IMG/VR virus record: IMGVR_UViG_3300020599_000004
Span: 63,831-127,830 of that record
Strand: one strand, 5' to 3'
DNA length: 64,000 nt
From: a virus
The notes beneath the pieces were generated by a model. The model searched no databases and was not told the origin of the DNA. It worked only from the letters and a program-made list of their open reading frames with translations. Of this stretch, positions 34,874-45,959 are shown piece by piece; positions within the stretch are counted from its first letter, which is position 1, and each line of letters starts with the position of its first letter. A program made the translations under genes and the position numbers.

Positions 34874-36942
34874 TATGCGGCCTCCGCTTCGGTGTCACGA
34901 CGGCTGGCAACGACCGTCAGGGTTTGCACCGTTTTCATGCCCTGGCCGGCGAACTGGATGTCGGTGTGCCAGCTGTAGCCACGAGCGCTGTCGTCGGTGG
35001 TGTAGTACGATTTCGGCGTCACATCGACGCGGTTGTCGTACTTGCCGGTGGTCTGGTCGTTGATGTACCGGTCCACACGGGCGATGAACTGCGTGTTGGT
35101 CAACTTGCTGTTGCCAGTGAAGTTGCGCCAGGCACGCTCGCCGATGCGGGTGAGGTTGCACGCGATGACCATGTTGAAGAAGCTGTTGAGGATCGACGTG
35201 TTGTCGTCGTAGATCGTCTGGATACCCGGCCAGAAGATCGACCGACGGTCGAAGTTCTGAGCGAAGACCAGGCCGTTCTTCCAGTCGACGTTGCGTGCCT
35301 CGGCAGCCTTGTAGGTCGCGTTGTGGTTCTTGAAGTCGGAGACGACCGAACCCGGCGCCGAGTCGAACTCGTTGCCATCGACCATGTAACCGTTTGCAGC
35401 ACCCATGTACTTCGCCGATTTGCTGGCAAAGGCCACGGTGAACGGCAGGATGCCCTTGTAGAGCGAACCGATCAGCTCACCCGCATGGCCCAGAATCACC
35501 ACCCGGCAGGTAGCGGTACCGTAGTAGTCCGACTCCGGCGTGTTGCGGAAGTACGAACGCAGGGCCACGGCCGTCGAGGATTCTTCGGAGGCGGTATTCA
35601 GCGGCTCAGTCGCATCCTGGGTGGAAACCACGACCCAGACATCACGGCGTTGCAGCAGGTTGCCCATCTGCTTCTTGGTGTCCATGCTGAAGCCGGAATC
35701 GTAGAAGCAGGAGAACGGGTAGACCGCGCTGTCGAGGTAGTGGACATCGCCGTTGCCGAAGGTGGCCAGCTCGTTACGAACCAGCGCATCCAGCGCAGCA
35801 TTGCCCAGGGTGCCGTCAGCACCACCCACAGCGTAGTGGTTGGTGTTCTCGGTGAACAGCAGGCCGCCATCCGCCGGACCGTCCAGGGTGAAGGTGTAGT
35901 ACGGGATGCCGGAGGCATTGACCGCGCCGAAGAGGTTGATGGTTTGTTCCGGGGTGACGTCAGCTTCCACCAGACCATGGTCCTTCTCGTTCGCGTAGAT
36001 CGCGTCCTGGATGGTCTTGATGTTGTCGTAGTAGAAGTGCACACGGCCGAACCTGCCGTAACCCTGGAACTCTTCCGGATCAGTGGACTCGTACGCCTGG
36101 AGCAGGACATCGTCAGCGAAGTACTGCTTGGCGGTGTTGCGGTCCACGACGCCGGACTTCAAGCTGAAGTCGACGTACTGCTCACCGGACATGGTGGCCA
36201 CGGCTTGCGGGGTGGACAGGCTGTCCTGACGTTCCACCGCTTGGAAGCGATAGATGTAGGCGCCGGTCTGCTGGATCAGGTCGGCATCGACCGGGTTGCT
36301 GGACAGCAGCGTCGGCGCCGAGATGCGGAAGCCGATGTTGTTGCCACGCCCGCCCTTGAAGCGAACTTCGAAGTCGCCGATCGGATACAGGGTCGAGGTT
36401 TCACCGGTGCTGTTGACCAGTTCACCTTCAGCCGGAGACGCTTGACCGAACTGGTAGACGTCATTGATGGTGTCGATGGTCTGATAGACCCAACGACCCC
36501 GGACGCCCGTCAGGGTGGTGCCCAGTTCGACCAGGTTACCGGAACTGTCACGCTTGTAGCTGCCGTCCGGGTTGCGCTGGTATTGCATCTGCTCGTCGGC
36601 GACGATGTCCAGCGAGATACGGATGCGCGCGATGTCGGCGTCAGCCGGTACCAGGCGACGTACGAAGGTCAGGTTGCCCTGGGGCAGTACGGCGTTGAGG
36701 ATGGCGGTCTGGTGGGTCGCGTACGGCTTGGAGTAGTCCAGGCTGTTCGAACCGAAGATGCTGTTGAAGCCGTTACCACCAACGAGGATGGCGTCATCGT
36801 CCGGACCCCACTCGGTGAAGACGGTGCACAGCGGAAGGTGAATCGGAAGCGACTCTTCTTCCAGTGGCTGTGCAACACCGCTGTCGTCCTTGAAACCGAG
36901 GAGAATCGTCCTCGGCAAAGAACTCGTGATGCTGATAGTCAT
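34873..36942 (-). CDS. contractile tail sheath protein (phiKZ gp29-like)
   Basis: 689 aa, GGAGAG RBS before MTISITSS; C-terminal sheath-type motifs (FYDSGFS...FWPGIQTIYDDNTSILNS). Confidence 0.88.
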   Translation of the reverse strand: MTISITSSLPRTILLGFKDDSGVAQPLEEESLPIHLPLCTVFTEWGPDDDAILVGGNGFNSIFGSNSLDYSKPYATHQTAILNAVLPQGNLTFVRRLVPADADIARIRISLDIVADEQMQYQRNPDGSYKRDSSGNLVELGTTLTGVRGRWVYQTIDTINDVYQFGQASPAEGELVNSTGETSTLYPIGDFEVRFKGGRGNNIGFRISAPTLLSSNPVDADLIQQTGAYIYRFQAVERQDSLSTPQAVATMSGEQYVDFSLKSGVVDRNTAKQYFADDVLLQAYESTDPEEFQGYGRFGRVHFYYDNIKTIQDAIYANEKDHGLVEADVTPEQTINLFGAVNASGIPYYTFTLDGPADGGLLFTENTNHYAVGGADGTLGNAALDALVRNELATFGNGDVHYLDSAVYPFSCFYDSGFSMDTKKQMGNLLQRRDVWVVVSTQDATEPLNTASEESSTAVALRSYFRNTPESDYYGTATCRVVILGHAGELIGSLYKGILPFTVAFASKSAKYMGAANGYMVDGNEFDSAPGSVVSDFKNHNATYKAAEARNVDWKNGLVFAQNFDRRSIFWPGIQTIYDDNTSILNSFFNMVIACNLTRIGERAWRNFTGNSKLTNTQFIARVDRYINDQTTGKYDNRVDVTPKSYYTTDDSARGYSWHTDIQFAGQGMKTVQTLTVVASRRDTEAEAA

Positions 36943-37148
36943 GGATCTCTCCCTAGGGATTTGGAAACTTCTGCGCGCGCGAAGTGTTGGTGAAGCGAAT
37001 GGTATGGCCACCGTATCTGGAGCCCATCAGCCCACGGCATGCAGCCGGTAAAAGATGACGGCGAAATGGCGCGACCACATACTATTTAAAACCAAATAAT
37101 GCACTTAGCGTTATTTTTTATCAGTTTTATCACCAGGAGCCGCCGCGA

Positions 37149-38084
37149 ATGTTCCTCTCTCCTTACCAAACTTCCCCGTGCCGGGATTTCCGGCTCGAAA
37201 AGATCGTCTCGGAAGTGATGATCGCTCGGATCGATGGCGCTCTCCTGCGGGAGAACTGGCCGATCGAGATGGTGGGTCCCAGCAGCCCAGAAGTTCCCAT
37301 CTTCACTCAGCCACTCACCAAGCTGGAGTTCGGCAATCGAAAAGATGTGCCGGAAGTCGTTTTTGACGCGCGTTCCATGATGCGTCTGGGCCGTGCCAAC
37401 GACAACAAGCCCTATGTGGTCTCCAATTACGCCGAAATGGAATTCACTCTGAACCGTTGCCGACTGCTGACCTATTGGCTGAGCGATGGCTTTGACAAGC
37501 TGGACATGCTGCGCGCTGGCGACCTGGTACCGATTGCCTGGAACCATTGGATCAGCCGCACCCTCTCTGGTCGACTGGGGCTGGACCCTGAGCATCAGAT
37601 GTTCATCGAAGTCGCCGCTGCCTTCTATTACTGCGCGCTGCACTATGAAGAGCGTCTCTTCGACGAACAAGCTCGTACCAAGAGCGTGCAGCAAATCTCG
37701 CGTTGGACGCGGGTGCCGGCGCAGCGAGTCTTCGAGATCACTGACCAGATCGGCTACATCACGGACATCAAGGGCTTCGTGGAAACCCTGAAGAAGGTCG
37801 TACCTTCCTCGCGGATGGAGCAAGTAAGCGTGGCGTTCCTCTATGCCCTGCTGGGTAACGGTTGGTTCGGCGCCAACCGTAACGAGATCGTCTGCGTGGC
37901 ACTGGAACATCCGCCGACCTGGGTTGCACTGGTCTACAGCTCGCTCCAGCAGCGCGGTTACCGCAACGCCACCATCTCCAAGGTGGTGGAGAAGGCTACC
38001 CGAGGTGGGAATGACAAGGACTTCATCAAGAGTCTGCAATTCATGATGCGCGAACTGACGGACTTGGCTACGCCGGATCGTTAA
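37149..38084 (+). CDS. virion structural protein (phiKZ gp28-like by synteny)
   Basis: 311 aa, AGGAG RBS, divergent from the sheath gene; ALEHPPTWVALVY. Confidence 0.7.
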   Translation: MFLSPYQTSPCRDFRLEKIVSEVMIARIDGALLRENWPIEMVGPSSPEVPIFTQPLTKLEFGNRKDVPEVVFDARSMMRLGRANDNKPYVVSNYAEMEFTLNRCRLLTYWLSDGFDKLDMLRAGDLVPIAWNHWISRTLSGRLGLDPEHQMFIEVAAAFYYCALHYEERLFDEQARTKSVQQISRWTRVPAQRVFEITDQIGYITDIKGFVETLKKVVPSSRMEQVSVAFLYALLGNGWFGANRNEIVCVALEHPPTWVALVYSSLQQRGYRNATISKVVEKATRGGNDKDFIKSLQFMMRELTDLATPDR

Positions 38085-38108
38085 TTCGTCGCTCTCATCG
38101 GAGACACC

Positions 38109-40733
38109 ATGTCTACGTTCGATTACCTCATCGACCATGCGCGCCGGAACGTATGGTGTTCGCCCGAGCAGGATTTCCAGGTCATCTTCGCACCGCAGAA
38201 GATTTCCCCGATCAATGGCTCGCGCAGCACCATCGAGGTCCTCTGGACCCAGATTCCGCTGCCTACCAACAACGACTGGTACCACGTGTACCAGGTCGGG
38301 GAAATCACTCCTGAACTGCTGGGCTTGCAAGATAAGAAGTCAGTCTGGATGCCGGCATCCAGACAGTGCAATGACAACCTGTTGATCATCGATCTGTACG
38401 TACGCAACGGTTTGCAGTTCCCACGATTCGACTGCTATTTCCTCATGACCCGTGATGGCAACGTCCTCTTGGCCGTGAAGGAGCAGCCGAAGATCGCTGA
38501 CTTGAATGTCGAACCGTTGTACGTGCGGTTCTACAGCAACGCATACTTCAATCGTCCTGACTATGATGCCGCAGTGGATGGTATCCAGGTGGTGGGTCGC
38601 AAGATCGCCAACTCTGATCAGCAGTACGCCCTGCAACGCCAATGGCGGGACAGTAAACTGCGCAAGGGTGCCACGTACGCCTTTGTGAACGGTTACCGTG
38701 TCCAAGACATCAATCCCACCACTGTCAAGGTGGGTGATAATGTCGAGTTTGTTTGGGACAGTTCGATCAAGTGTGTATTGGAACTGCCGGTGAAGGATCT
38801 ACCAGTATTCCTGTCCACGCTGGATAACAAGCAGAAGTATCTGGTGCACTACCCGGGTGCTCAAGTCGGTGGTGATATCATCGACTACCGGGATGACCTG
38901 GACTTCTGGTTGCTCCTGCGTACCAATGAAAACATCTTCAGTGGGGTTTACTACCACAAGAACAAGGAAGATGCGGTGCGCATGATGTCCCATCGGGACT
39001 ACAGCCTGGTGGTGCCCTACGTGCTGGCGTACACCAACTCTGTTCCAGGGTGGACCGATGCCAGCAAGCTGACCTTGCAGATCCACATTCGCGAGGCGGG
39101 TTTCAAACGACCGCTGATCAATGAACATCACCGCATCAAAGAGCTGTACAAGCTCAGCGATGAAGACCTGGTGAAGGCCATGATCGGTACGGATTCCACG
39201 GTCAGTGTCTGGACGGCGGCTTCTCTGGAATCCTCAGCCTATCCAGCCATCATGCGCAACGTAGGCGGTGACATCACTCGTCAGATGGTGCAGGATGCCT
39301 ATGGCTATAACGCCATCAGTAAGTTGATTGCTGATACCCCCCAGCCGTATACCCCCAGTGAGAACTGGGTGGAACTGCCCGTGGGTCTGCGTAGTAACTC
39401 CACCATCTACGAGTACGACAAGGACGGCGTACTGCTGGACTGGTACCAGCACACCTCGGGTCGTTACTACCCGCCACGTGATGCCAACTGCCGGCTGATA
39501 GAAGGTATTGTGGGTCTGGGCGGTCCTGCTCTGACCACGCAATACAACACGTCTGACACGATGCTCGATCCAGCTGTCAATTACCGGTTCTACGTTTGCA
39601 ACATCTGGAATGGCGTGCCAGATGGCAAATGGGTGGATGTAACTGGCAACGATGACTACTACATCGTGCAGGACAATGCCGTGCTCTGGAAGGTCGACCA
39701 GACCAAGTACTACACGGCCATCAAGAACGATTCGGAGTTTCTGGCGTACGACCTGATCCTGGATTATCGTGACGGTATCCTACGCTTCACGGTCAATGTG
39801 GATGAGGTACGCACTGACGGCGTGCTCTATCCGGACAAAGCGGAGATTCCCTTCGGGGCATTCGACATCTGGCTCAACGGACGACCGCTGATCCAAGACC
39901 TGGACTACTTCATCAACGGTTGGCCTGAAATCTGCATCGTCAACAAGGAGTACCTGGTCGATGGCACCGCGCAGCGCATCAGCTTGCGTGGCACGGGGTT
40001 CTGTAACGCAGACATGACTCAACCTGCGCCGGCTGAGTTCGGGTTTGTCAACCATGGTCTGCTCAGTCAGAACAACCGCTTCGATATCCGAGATGACAAG
40101 GTCATTCGGATCGTAGTGGACGGTGGGGTGTACGAACGGTCGGTGTTGGAGTTCTCTGAAGAGCACTCAGGGGTTACGCTGGCGCTGGCGGGTGTCCGTA
40201 ATGGCGCACCGTACCAGATCCAAGACCTGATCGTGCCGCTGCAAGGTCTGACGGATGAGGACACCTATTCACTCAGGGCGAAGAGCCTGGTGGTGGATAA
40301 GGAAATCTCTGACTACATGACCTTGAAACTACCACAGCCCACGTTCGATAACCCGAACCCCATTCCCCAGTTATACGCCATCTACAGTCCGTTCACGTCT
40401 AAGCTGATGTACGACCTTTACCAAGGCATCTTGAAAACAGATGACGTGGAAGGCCAGTACAGCGACGTTTACGTAAAGCAGAAACTCGCCCCGTACGAAT
40501 GGTTGCTGGCGTATGAGCCGACGTACAGGGACATGGATTGGGAATACGTGTCTGTTCATCCGCACAACCTCTTCACCGAGGTAACGTTGAACGTGTATGC
40601 GTATCGTCTGATGCTGCGAGCCATCAAGCTCTACTTGAACGACAAGGTGGACATCACCAAGTTCATCAAGATCGAGACCGGCTTCGAACACGAAACGCCC
40701 GATCATCCTCACCCCTACCGGGTTCTGCCCTAA
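38109..40733 (+). CDS. baseplate-region structural protein (phiKZ gp27-like)
   Basis: 874 aa, beta-rich, beginning YLIDHARRNVWCSPEQD; order is sheath-28-27-26-terminase. Confidence 0.75.
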   Translation: MSTFDYLIDHARRNVWCSPEQDFQVIFAPQKISPINGSRSTIEVLWTQIPLPTNNDWYHVYQVGEITPELLGLQDKKSVWMPASRQCNDNLLIIDLYVRNGLQFPRFDCYFLMTRDGNVLLAVKEQPKIADLNVEPLYVRFYSNAYFNRPDYDAAVDGIQVVGRKIANSDQQYALQRQWRDSKLRKGATYAFVNGYRVQDINPTTVKVGDNVEFVWDSSIKCVLELPVKDLPVFLSTLDNKQKYLVHYPGAQVGGDIIDYRDDLDFWLLLRTNENIFSGVYYHKNKEDAVRMMSHRDYSLVVPYVLAYTNSVPGWTDASKLTLQIHIREAGFKRPLINEHHRIKELYKLSDEDLVKAMIGTDSTVSVWTAASLESSAYPAIMRNVGGDITRQMVQDAYGYNAISKLIADTPQPYTPSENWVELPVGLRSNSTIYEYDKDGVLLDWYQHTSGRYYPPRDANCRLIEGIVGLGGPALTTQYNTSDTMLDPAVNYRFYVCNIWNGVPDGKWVDVTGNDDYYIVQDNAVLWKVDQTKYYTAIKNDSEFLAYDLILDYRDGILRFTVNVDEVRTDGVLYPDKAEIPFGAFDIWLNGRPLIQDLDYFINGWPEICIVNKEYLVDGTAQRISLRGTGFCNADMTQPAPAEFGFVNHGLLSQNNRFDIRDDKVIRIVVDGGVYERSVLEFSEEHSGVTLALAGVRNGAPYQIQDLIVPLQGLTDEDTYSLRAKSLVVDKEISDYMTLKLPQPTFDNPNPIPQLYAIYSPFTSKLMYDLYQGILKTDDVEGQYSDVYVKQKLAPYEWLLAYEPTYRDMDWEYVSVHPHNLFTEVTLNVYAYRLMLRAIKLYLNDKVDITKFIKIETGFEHETPDHPHPYRVLP

Positions 40734-40790
40734 GGGTAACCATCTGTTCACAGGAGGAAACGCAGGCAGGCAACTGCCTGCGTAAAACCT

Positions 40791-42473
40791 ATGGCTCAAG
40801 AAGACCTGATTGACGATACGCCTGGTCGCTTCATCGTCGACCCGGATCGCCGCTTCACCAGTTGGGGCATCTGGGAGATTTTCACGGGGACTGGCCCGGG
40901 TGCCTATGTACCCAACCCCGACGATGAAGTCCGTGACTGGGATCGCGGCGTGCTGCGCGTCGCCTCGGTGGACTACACCACCGGCCTGTCCACCCTGGTG
41001 CTCTGGGAAGACCCTAAGACCCCGGGTGAGATCTCCAAGGAAGATATCCTACTGGGGGTTACCCCGGGCTATCAGTCCGAGTCCTGGCGGGCTTACCTGG
41101 ACACCAACAAGATTCCGCACATCCTGCAAGTTGATGGTCGGCTGCACATCTACGGTTCTGAGGCGGCCTACGCGAAGATCTTCCAGGGCACTGACATCTC
41201 GGTCAACGGTAAGGTTATCTCGGCCTTCTACGACCAGAACGGCAGTTTCATTGACGAGAACATCCCGCTGGAGCTGGTGGGTACTGACACCATCGAAAAC
41301 CTTGCCATCAAGGCTATCAAGACCGGTTATACCGGTTACGAGTTGCCCGATGGTGAAGTGGTCACCGTGGTGGTCTACAACGTCGCTGGCGCGGTGGTTA
41401 CCAAGGTCAAGTTGCTGATCCAGAACACCACCCTGGTCAAGCGTACTGAAGAGAACCTGAAGTACGTCAAGGGTATCAGCATCATCAGTCCGTTCCTGTC
41501 CGACGCCGATCCAACCGTTATCGAGTTCCCGATCAACGCTACCGTCTCCTCCATCCCGATGCAAGGTCGAGTGGAGTATTCCGACGGCACCAGCATGATC
41601 TTGCCGATCGGCATGGATAACGGCAGCAAGATGTGCCTGTATGGTCTGAAGTACTACAACCCGACGATCGAAGGTGAGGTCAAGAAGCTCACCCTTAACT
41701 ACCAGCTCTCGCCGGACGAGTACGCCTACATGTCACCGCCCACGGCCAATGGTACGCTCACTGAGCGCTACTATGCCAAGACGGCCAAGAAGGACTCGAC
41801 CTACAGCGTCAAGCTGTTCATGTATCCGGTCTGGACGGGCGATGTCTCGGGTTACACCCTGGACTTCTGGCTGTACAACGTCGATCGCCGCGAATTCTAT
41901 CGCGTACCGAAAGGTAAGATCGAGGTGCCCGAAGGTGCCAAGTCCTTCGACGGTCTGGATTTCCTGTCGGTACAGCACCTGCGCGTTGCCCTGGATCTGT
42001 CGGCCCTGGATGGTAAGTTCAATGCCTATCGTCATACGCAGTCGTTCGACATCGCGCTCAAAGCGGCAGGCAACCTGAACCAGACCAACTGGACCATCAA
42101 CTTCTCCACGGGTCAGCTGACGCCGTATGGTGAGAACCTCTCGGCCAAAGTGAAGTTCATCAACACCAACCAGTGGACGCTGAACGTCGGCAACGGGTTT
42201 GGTTCCAAGGAAGAGTGGCTGCGCAACATCTTCTACGGCATCAATCCGCTGTACGACACCTACACCGAATCGGAAGCACCGGCTCCGACTCACTTCGTGG
42301 TGGTCACCAACCGTCGCGAAACCGAGTTCAGTGTCGAACTGTGGAACAACGACCTGTCCATCATCAACGATCTCAACGAAGGCGAAGTGCTGTACCTGCG
42401 TTGGATCAAGCGGACTCCGACCAACGACCTGCAACTGGGCGTTTCGGGTTTGCCGATGCACCAGATCAACTGA
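40791..42473 (+). CDS. virion structural protein (phiKZ gp26-like)
   Basis: 560 aa, beta-rich, upstream of terminase. Confidence 0.75.
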   Translation: MAQEDLIDDTPGRFIVDPDRRFTSWGIWEIFTGTGPGAYVPNPDDEVRDWDRGVLRVASVDYTTGLSTLVLWEDPKTPGEISKEDILLGVTPGYQSESWRAYLDTNKIPHILQVDGRLHIYGSEAAYAKIFQGTDISVNGKVISAFYDQNGSFIDENIPLELVGTDTIENLAIKAIKTGYTGYELPDGEVVTVVVYNVAGAVVTKVKLLIQNTTLVKRTEENLKYVKGISIISPFLSDADPTVIEFPINATVSSIPMQGRVEYSDGTSMILPIGMDNGSKMCLYGLKYYNPTIEGEVKKLTLNYQLSPDEYAYMSPPTANGTLTERYYAKTAKKDSTYSVKLFMYPVWTGDVSGYTLDFWLYNVDRREFYRVPKGKIEVPEGAKSFDGLDFLSVQHLRVALDLSALDGKFNAYRHTQSFDIALKAAGNLNQTNWTINFSTGQLTPYGENLSAKVKFINTNQWTLNVGNGFGSKEEWLRNIFYGINPLYDTYTESEAPAPTHFVVVTNRRETEFSVELWNNDLSIINDLNEGEVLYLRWIKRTPTNDLQLGVSGLPMHQIN

Positions 42474-42482
42474 TCCAGCTGA

Positions 42483-42515
42483 GCAGGGAGACCCTCGGGT
42501 CTCCCTGCTTATGCC
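42483..42515. terminator. hairpin + TTATGCC
   Basis: GCAGGGAGACC-ctcg-GGTCTCCCTGC-TTATGCC. Confidence 0.75.
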
Positions 42516-42576
42516 GTAAGGGTATGAACTTTATAATGGCTCGTCTATGTCCGGATGACGAGTGGGAGATTAACAC

Positions 42577-44796
42577 ATGCTGCTATTTGAGAGTGATTGG
42601 TTGGAATATCCGACAGCAGTGCCGGATTATTCGACCAGCAATGAAAGCTTCCTGAACTTCGTTGCCTTCCTCGACAAGGAAATGGGTGTCAAGAACTGCA
42701 CGTTCCCGTTGACATTGCTACAACCCGGGTTAATTGGGGTTGATCCCTTCAGTCCTGACTTAACTGAAGACGAACAAGCCATGGTCCGCATGGAATGCGA
42801 GTTCAACCCTTGGTATTTCATTCGGGAAGTCTTCCGTGTTCCGCCGGTAGCGGGTGATACGCCTATTCGGCTGATTGCCAATCGGGCTAATATTTCCTTG
42901 TGGTGGTGCTTCCTTAACCACATCGACTATTTCTTGATCCAGCCTCGTCAGACCGGTAAGTCAGTGAACGCGGACGGTATCAGTATCTGGTACCAGATGT
43001 TTGGGGCGAAGAACTCCCGTGCTAACTTGTTCACCAAGAACGGGGACCTGATCAAGGAGAACATCGCGCGCCTGAAGAAGATGCGCAAACTCCTGCCGCA
43101 TTACCTGGTCGATATCCGCAAGACCGATACCGACAACCAGAAAGAATTCACGTACATGGCCCTGGGTAATCGCCTGGTGGCTGTGCAGGCCCAGGCGTCG
43201 GAAGACGCTGCGCTTAACGTCGGTCGGGGTCTGACCGCGCCCTTCTGTCACGTGGACGAAGTGGCATTCCTGAAGTTCGTTCACGTTTCGGTGGGTGCCA
43301 TGCTCGGTGGTACCGGTGCTGCCCGGGAACAAGCTGAAGCTAACGACATGCCGTATGGGAACATCTTTACCACAACGGCTGGTAAAATCGACACTGACGA
43401 AGGCGGCTACGCGTACCGGATGCTCAACTCCGGCATGCCGTGGAGCGAGATGCTCTACGACAGCACGGACCGTAAAGACCTGTACAAGACAGTGCGAGCA
43501 GGTTGCCGGACTGAGACCATGCTCATCAATGGTACCTTCAGCCACCGTCAGCTGGGCTTTACTGACCAATGGCTGCGGGAACGGATTGCAGCGTCTCACC
43601 AGTCAGGTGATGACGTTCGTCGCGACTTCCTTAACCAATGGACAGCGGGCTCGCTTACTAACCCACTGCCCACCGAGGTGCTGGAGAAGATCCGCGAAAA
43701 TGTCAGGGAGCCTTACTACCAGCAACGTTACCCGAAAGAGGGGTACGTGGTGCGCTGGTATGTCGAGGTCGAGGAGGTCTTGCGCAAGATGCCCAATCGG
43801 CAGCTCGTCCTGGGTTTGGATACTTCCAACGCCGTCGGACGAGATTGCATCGCGGGTGTCATTGTCGATGTCTCCACACTGGAGGTGGTGGGGATGTTCT
43901 CGATCAACGAGACGACGATCCACTCCTTCTCAGGGTGGCTGGCCAAGTTCATGGTCGAGTACAAGAATATCACGATCATCCCGGAGGCGAAGAACGTCTG
44001 GATCGCCATCCTCGACTACCTGCTGGTGCACCTGCCACAATTGGGTGTCGACCCGGGTCGTCGTATCTACTCCACCATCGTGGACAAGAAGAACGAATCC
44101 GATCGCGATCGCCGTACCTACAACGAGTACGTCAAGAACTCCACAGTTGCGCACCACTACAACCCGTACCGAACCAGCTTCGGCTTCCCGACCAACGGAC
44201 CGTTGCGTGAGCTGCTGTACACCACGGTCATCCAGGAAGCTGGTAAACGGACGGCGACCCTGGTCCGTGACCAGACCCTGGCCTCAGAAATCGGTGGGCT
44301 GGTGACTCGCAATGGACGGATCGACCATGGTAATGGCCGTCATGATGACCACGTCATTGCCTGGCTGATGGTGCACTGGTTCCTCTCGCATGCGATGAAC
44401 CTGGATCACTATGGCATCGACAAATCCCAAGTCAAGCGCAAGGTGTACGAAGCTGAACACAAACTCACCTGGCAGGAGCAACGTGAGCGTGAACGGCAGG
44501 AGGAGTTCCGGGATGAGATCACGGTCATTCTGGATCGGATGGGCAATACGCGTGATAGCGTGGAGTTGATGAAGCTGGAGCATCGTCTTAACTCTCTGTA
44601 TCGACGGATTGATCAGGACAGCTTCACGGGTGAGTACGGTTCTATCGATGCCCTGATTCAAGAGGCGGCGGAGAAACGCTCTAGGAACCGCTCGGAGGCC
44701 CAATCTAGACGGGAAGGATTGGACAGGAAGTTCGATCGCTTTGGCAGTCGCAGTAAAACGATCACGGGCAGGGAACGTGTGATCGTCGAATGCTAA
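42577..44796 (+). CDS. terL: terminase large subunit
   Basis: Walker A IQPRQTGKS, Walker B HVDEVAF, nuclease GLDTSNAVGRD and HDDHVIAW. Confidence 0.95.
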   Translation: MLLFESDWLEYPTAVPDYSTSNESFLNFVAFLDKEMGVKNCTFPLTLLQPGLIGVDPFSPDLTEDEQAMVRMECEFNPWYFIREVFRVPPVAGDTPIRLIANRANISLWWCFLNHIDYFLIQPRQTGKSVNADGISIWYQMFGAKNSRANLFTKNGDLIKENIARLKKMRKLLPHYLVDIRKTDTDNQKEFTYMALGNRLVAVQAQASEDAALNVGRGLTAPFCHVDEVAFLKFVHVSVGAMLGGTGAAREQAEANDMPYGNIFTTTAGKIDTDEGGYAYRMLNSGMPWSEMLYDSTDRKDLYKTVRAGCRTETMLINGTFSHRQLGFTDQWLRERIAASHQSGDDVRRDFLNQWTAGSLTNPLPTEVLEKIRENVREPYYQQRYPKEGYVVRWYVEVEEVLRKMPNRQLVLGLDTSNAVGRDCIAGVIVDVSTLEVVGMFSINETTIHSFSGWLAKFMVEYKNITIIPEAKNVWIAILDYLLVHLPQLGVDPGRRIYSTIVDKKNESDRDRRTYNEYVKNSTVAHHYNPYRTSFGFPTNGPLRELLYTTVIQEAGKRTATLVRDQTLASEIGGLVTRNGRIDHGNGRHDDHVIAWLMVHWFLSHAMNLDHYGIDKSQVKRKVYEAEHKLTWQEQRERERQEEFRDEITVILDRMGNTRDSVELMKLEHRLNSLYRRIDQDSFTGEYGSIDALIQEAAEKRSRNRSEAQSRREGLDRKFDRFGSRSKTITGRERVIVEC

Positions 44797-44798
44797 GC

Positions 44799-44837
44799 CG
44801 GCATAAAGCGGGGGCTAGATGCCCCCGCTTTATGCCG
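44799..44837. terminator. perfect 17-bp inverted repeat between convergent genes
   Basis: CGGCATAAAGCGGGGGC-tagat-GCCCCCGCTTTATGCCG. Confidence 0.85.
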
Positions 44838-45950
44838 TTACGGACGGGTAACGATAGCAGCGCGCAGGTACTCGAAGATGGCGCCTTGCAGGTCCACCAG
44901 ACGATTGCTGATATCGCGCAGGATGTGTGCCTGATCCAGCAGAGCATGCAGGTCGAACGAGGAAACTCGGTGATCTCCCTGGTTAAGGTCCCAGAGAGCA
45001 TTGGACATGGTGTCGTCACGCCACGGGTAGTCGTCCAGTCCTTCTACACCTTCACCAACGTCATCCCATGCGCCCTCTGCACGACCAATGCCATCCAGCG
45101 TCCTTGCGAAGATCTCACTGAGTTTGATGGCAGTGGAGGCATCGAGTGAAGGCAAATCGAGTGGACCGTGCTGCTCAGGGGTACCGGCGATTTCCCACTC
45201 GGTCTGGCTGTTATTCCAATCATCGGCTTGATAGCCTAGACGATCAGCCTTGGGTACCTTGATGACTTCCAGCGGGGCTTTCGGACGTTTCTTGACCTGG
45301 GCCTTCAAGATTTCCTGAATCTTCGCGTACAGCTCATCGCTGTCTTTGAATTCATCCCAGCACTTCTCACACTTGTCCCAGGTCTCGGTGCACCACTTCT
45401 CGTAGGTCTTGATGACCGGGATAGCGGTGGCGAGGATCTTCAGGTAGTCGTTCAGCTCTTTACCGAACTCGGAAACGATCTGCTGCGCACTGGTGAGTGG
45501 TTTCCCACCTCGGAAGAACAGCGCTGCCGCCGTAGAACTCATTGAGATTGGACCAGTGCGGTATTCTGCCGAAGACAACCATTGACGGTTGTCGATGGCG
45601 CGCATGAACTTGGTGTGGGCCTCAAGGTCAGCCAGGATCTTTGCCGACTCATTTTCTTCAGCCTTGGTGGTAGCGTTCTTCTCACGCTTGGTGAACAACG
45701 ACTTCAAGCCCTGGAGCAGTGTACCGACACCTTCCATGGAAGCGTTGATGACCTGTTCCGGGGTGGTGCAGGCTTCCATGGCGGGGGTGTTCAGATCAAA
45801 GCGCACGTGATGCAGGTGAGCGTTGATCAGATCGCGGAAGTGCATCGCACTTTCCATCGAGGGGTTGTTGGCCATCAGATGGCGACCTTCCACCATCTTC
45901 ATGGCCAGTACTCTGGAGAGCCGAATAGCATCGCTCGTAATGCGGTTCAT
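44838..45950 (-). CDS. probable internal head protein
   Basis: 370 aa with two SME protease-type sites near the N-terminus. Confidence 0.6.
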   Translation of the reverse strand: MNRITSDAIRLSRVLAMKMVEGRHLMANNPSMESAMHFRDLINAHLHHVRFDLNTPAMEACTTPEQVINASMEGVGTLLQGLKSLFTKREKNATTKAEENESAKILADLEAHTKFMRAIDNRQWLSSAEYRTGPISMSSTAAALFFRGGKPLTSAQQIVSEFGKELNDYLKILATAIPVIKTYEKWCTETWDKCEKCWDEFKDSDELYAKIQEILKAQVKKRPKAPLEVIKVPKADRLGYQADDWNNSQTEWEIAGTPEQHGPLDLPSLDASTAIKLSEIFARTLDGIGRAEGAWDDVGEGVEGLDDYPWRDDTMSNALWDLNQGDHRVSSFDLHALLDQAHILRDISNRLVDLQGAIFEYLRAAIVTRP

Positions 45951-45959
45951 GATGATCCT

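Noticed and set aside
34924-36993. 689-aa plus-strand ORF
   Set aside because: Antisense shadow of the tail sheath gene.
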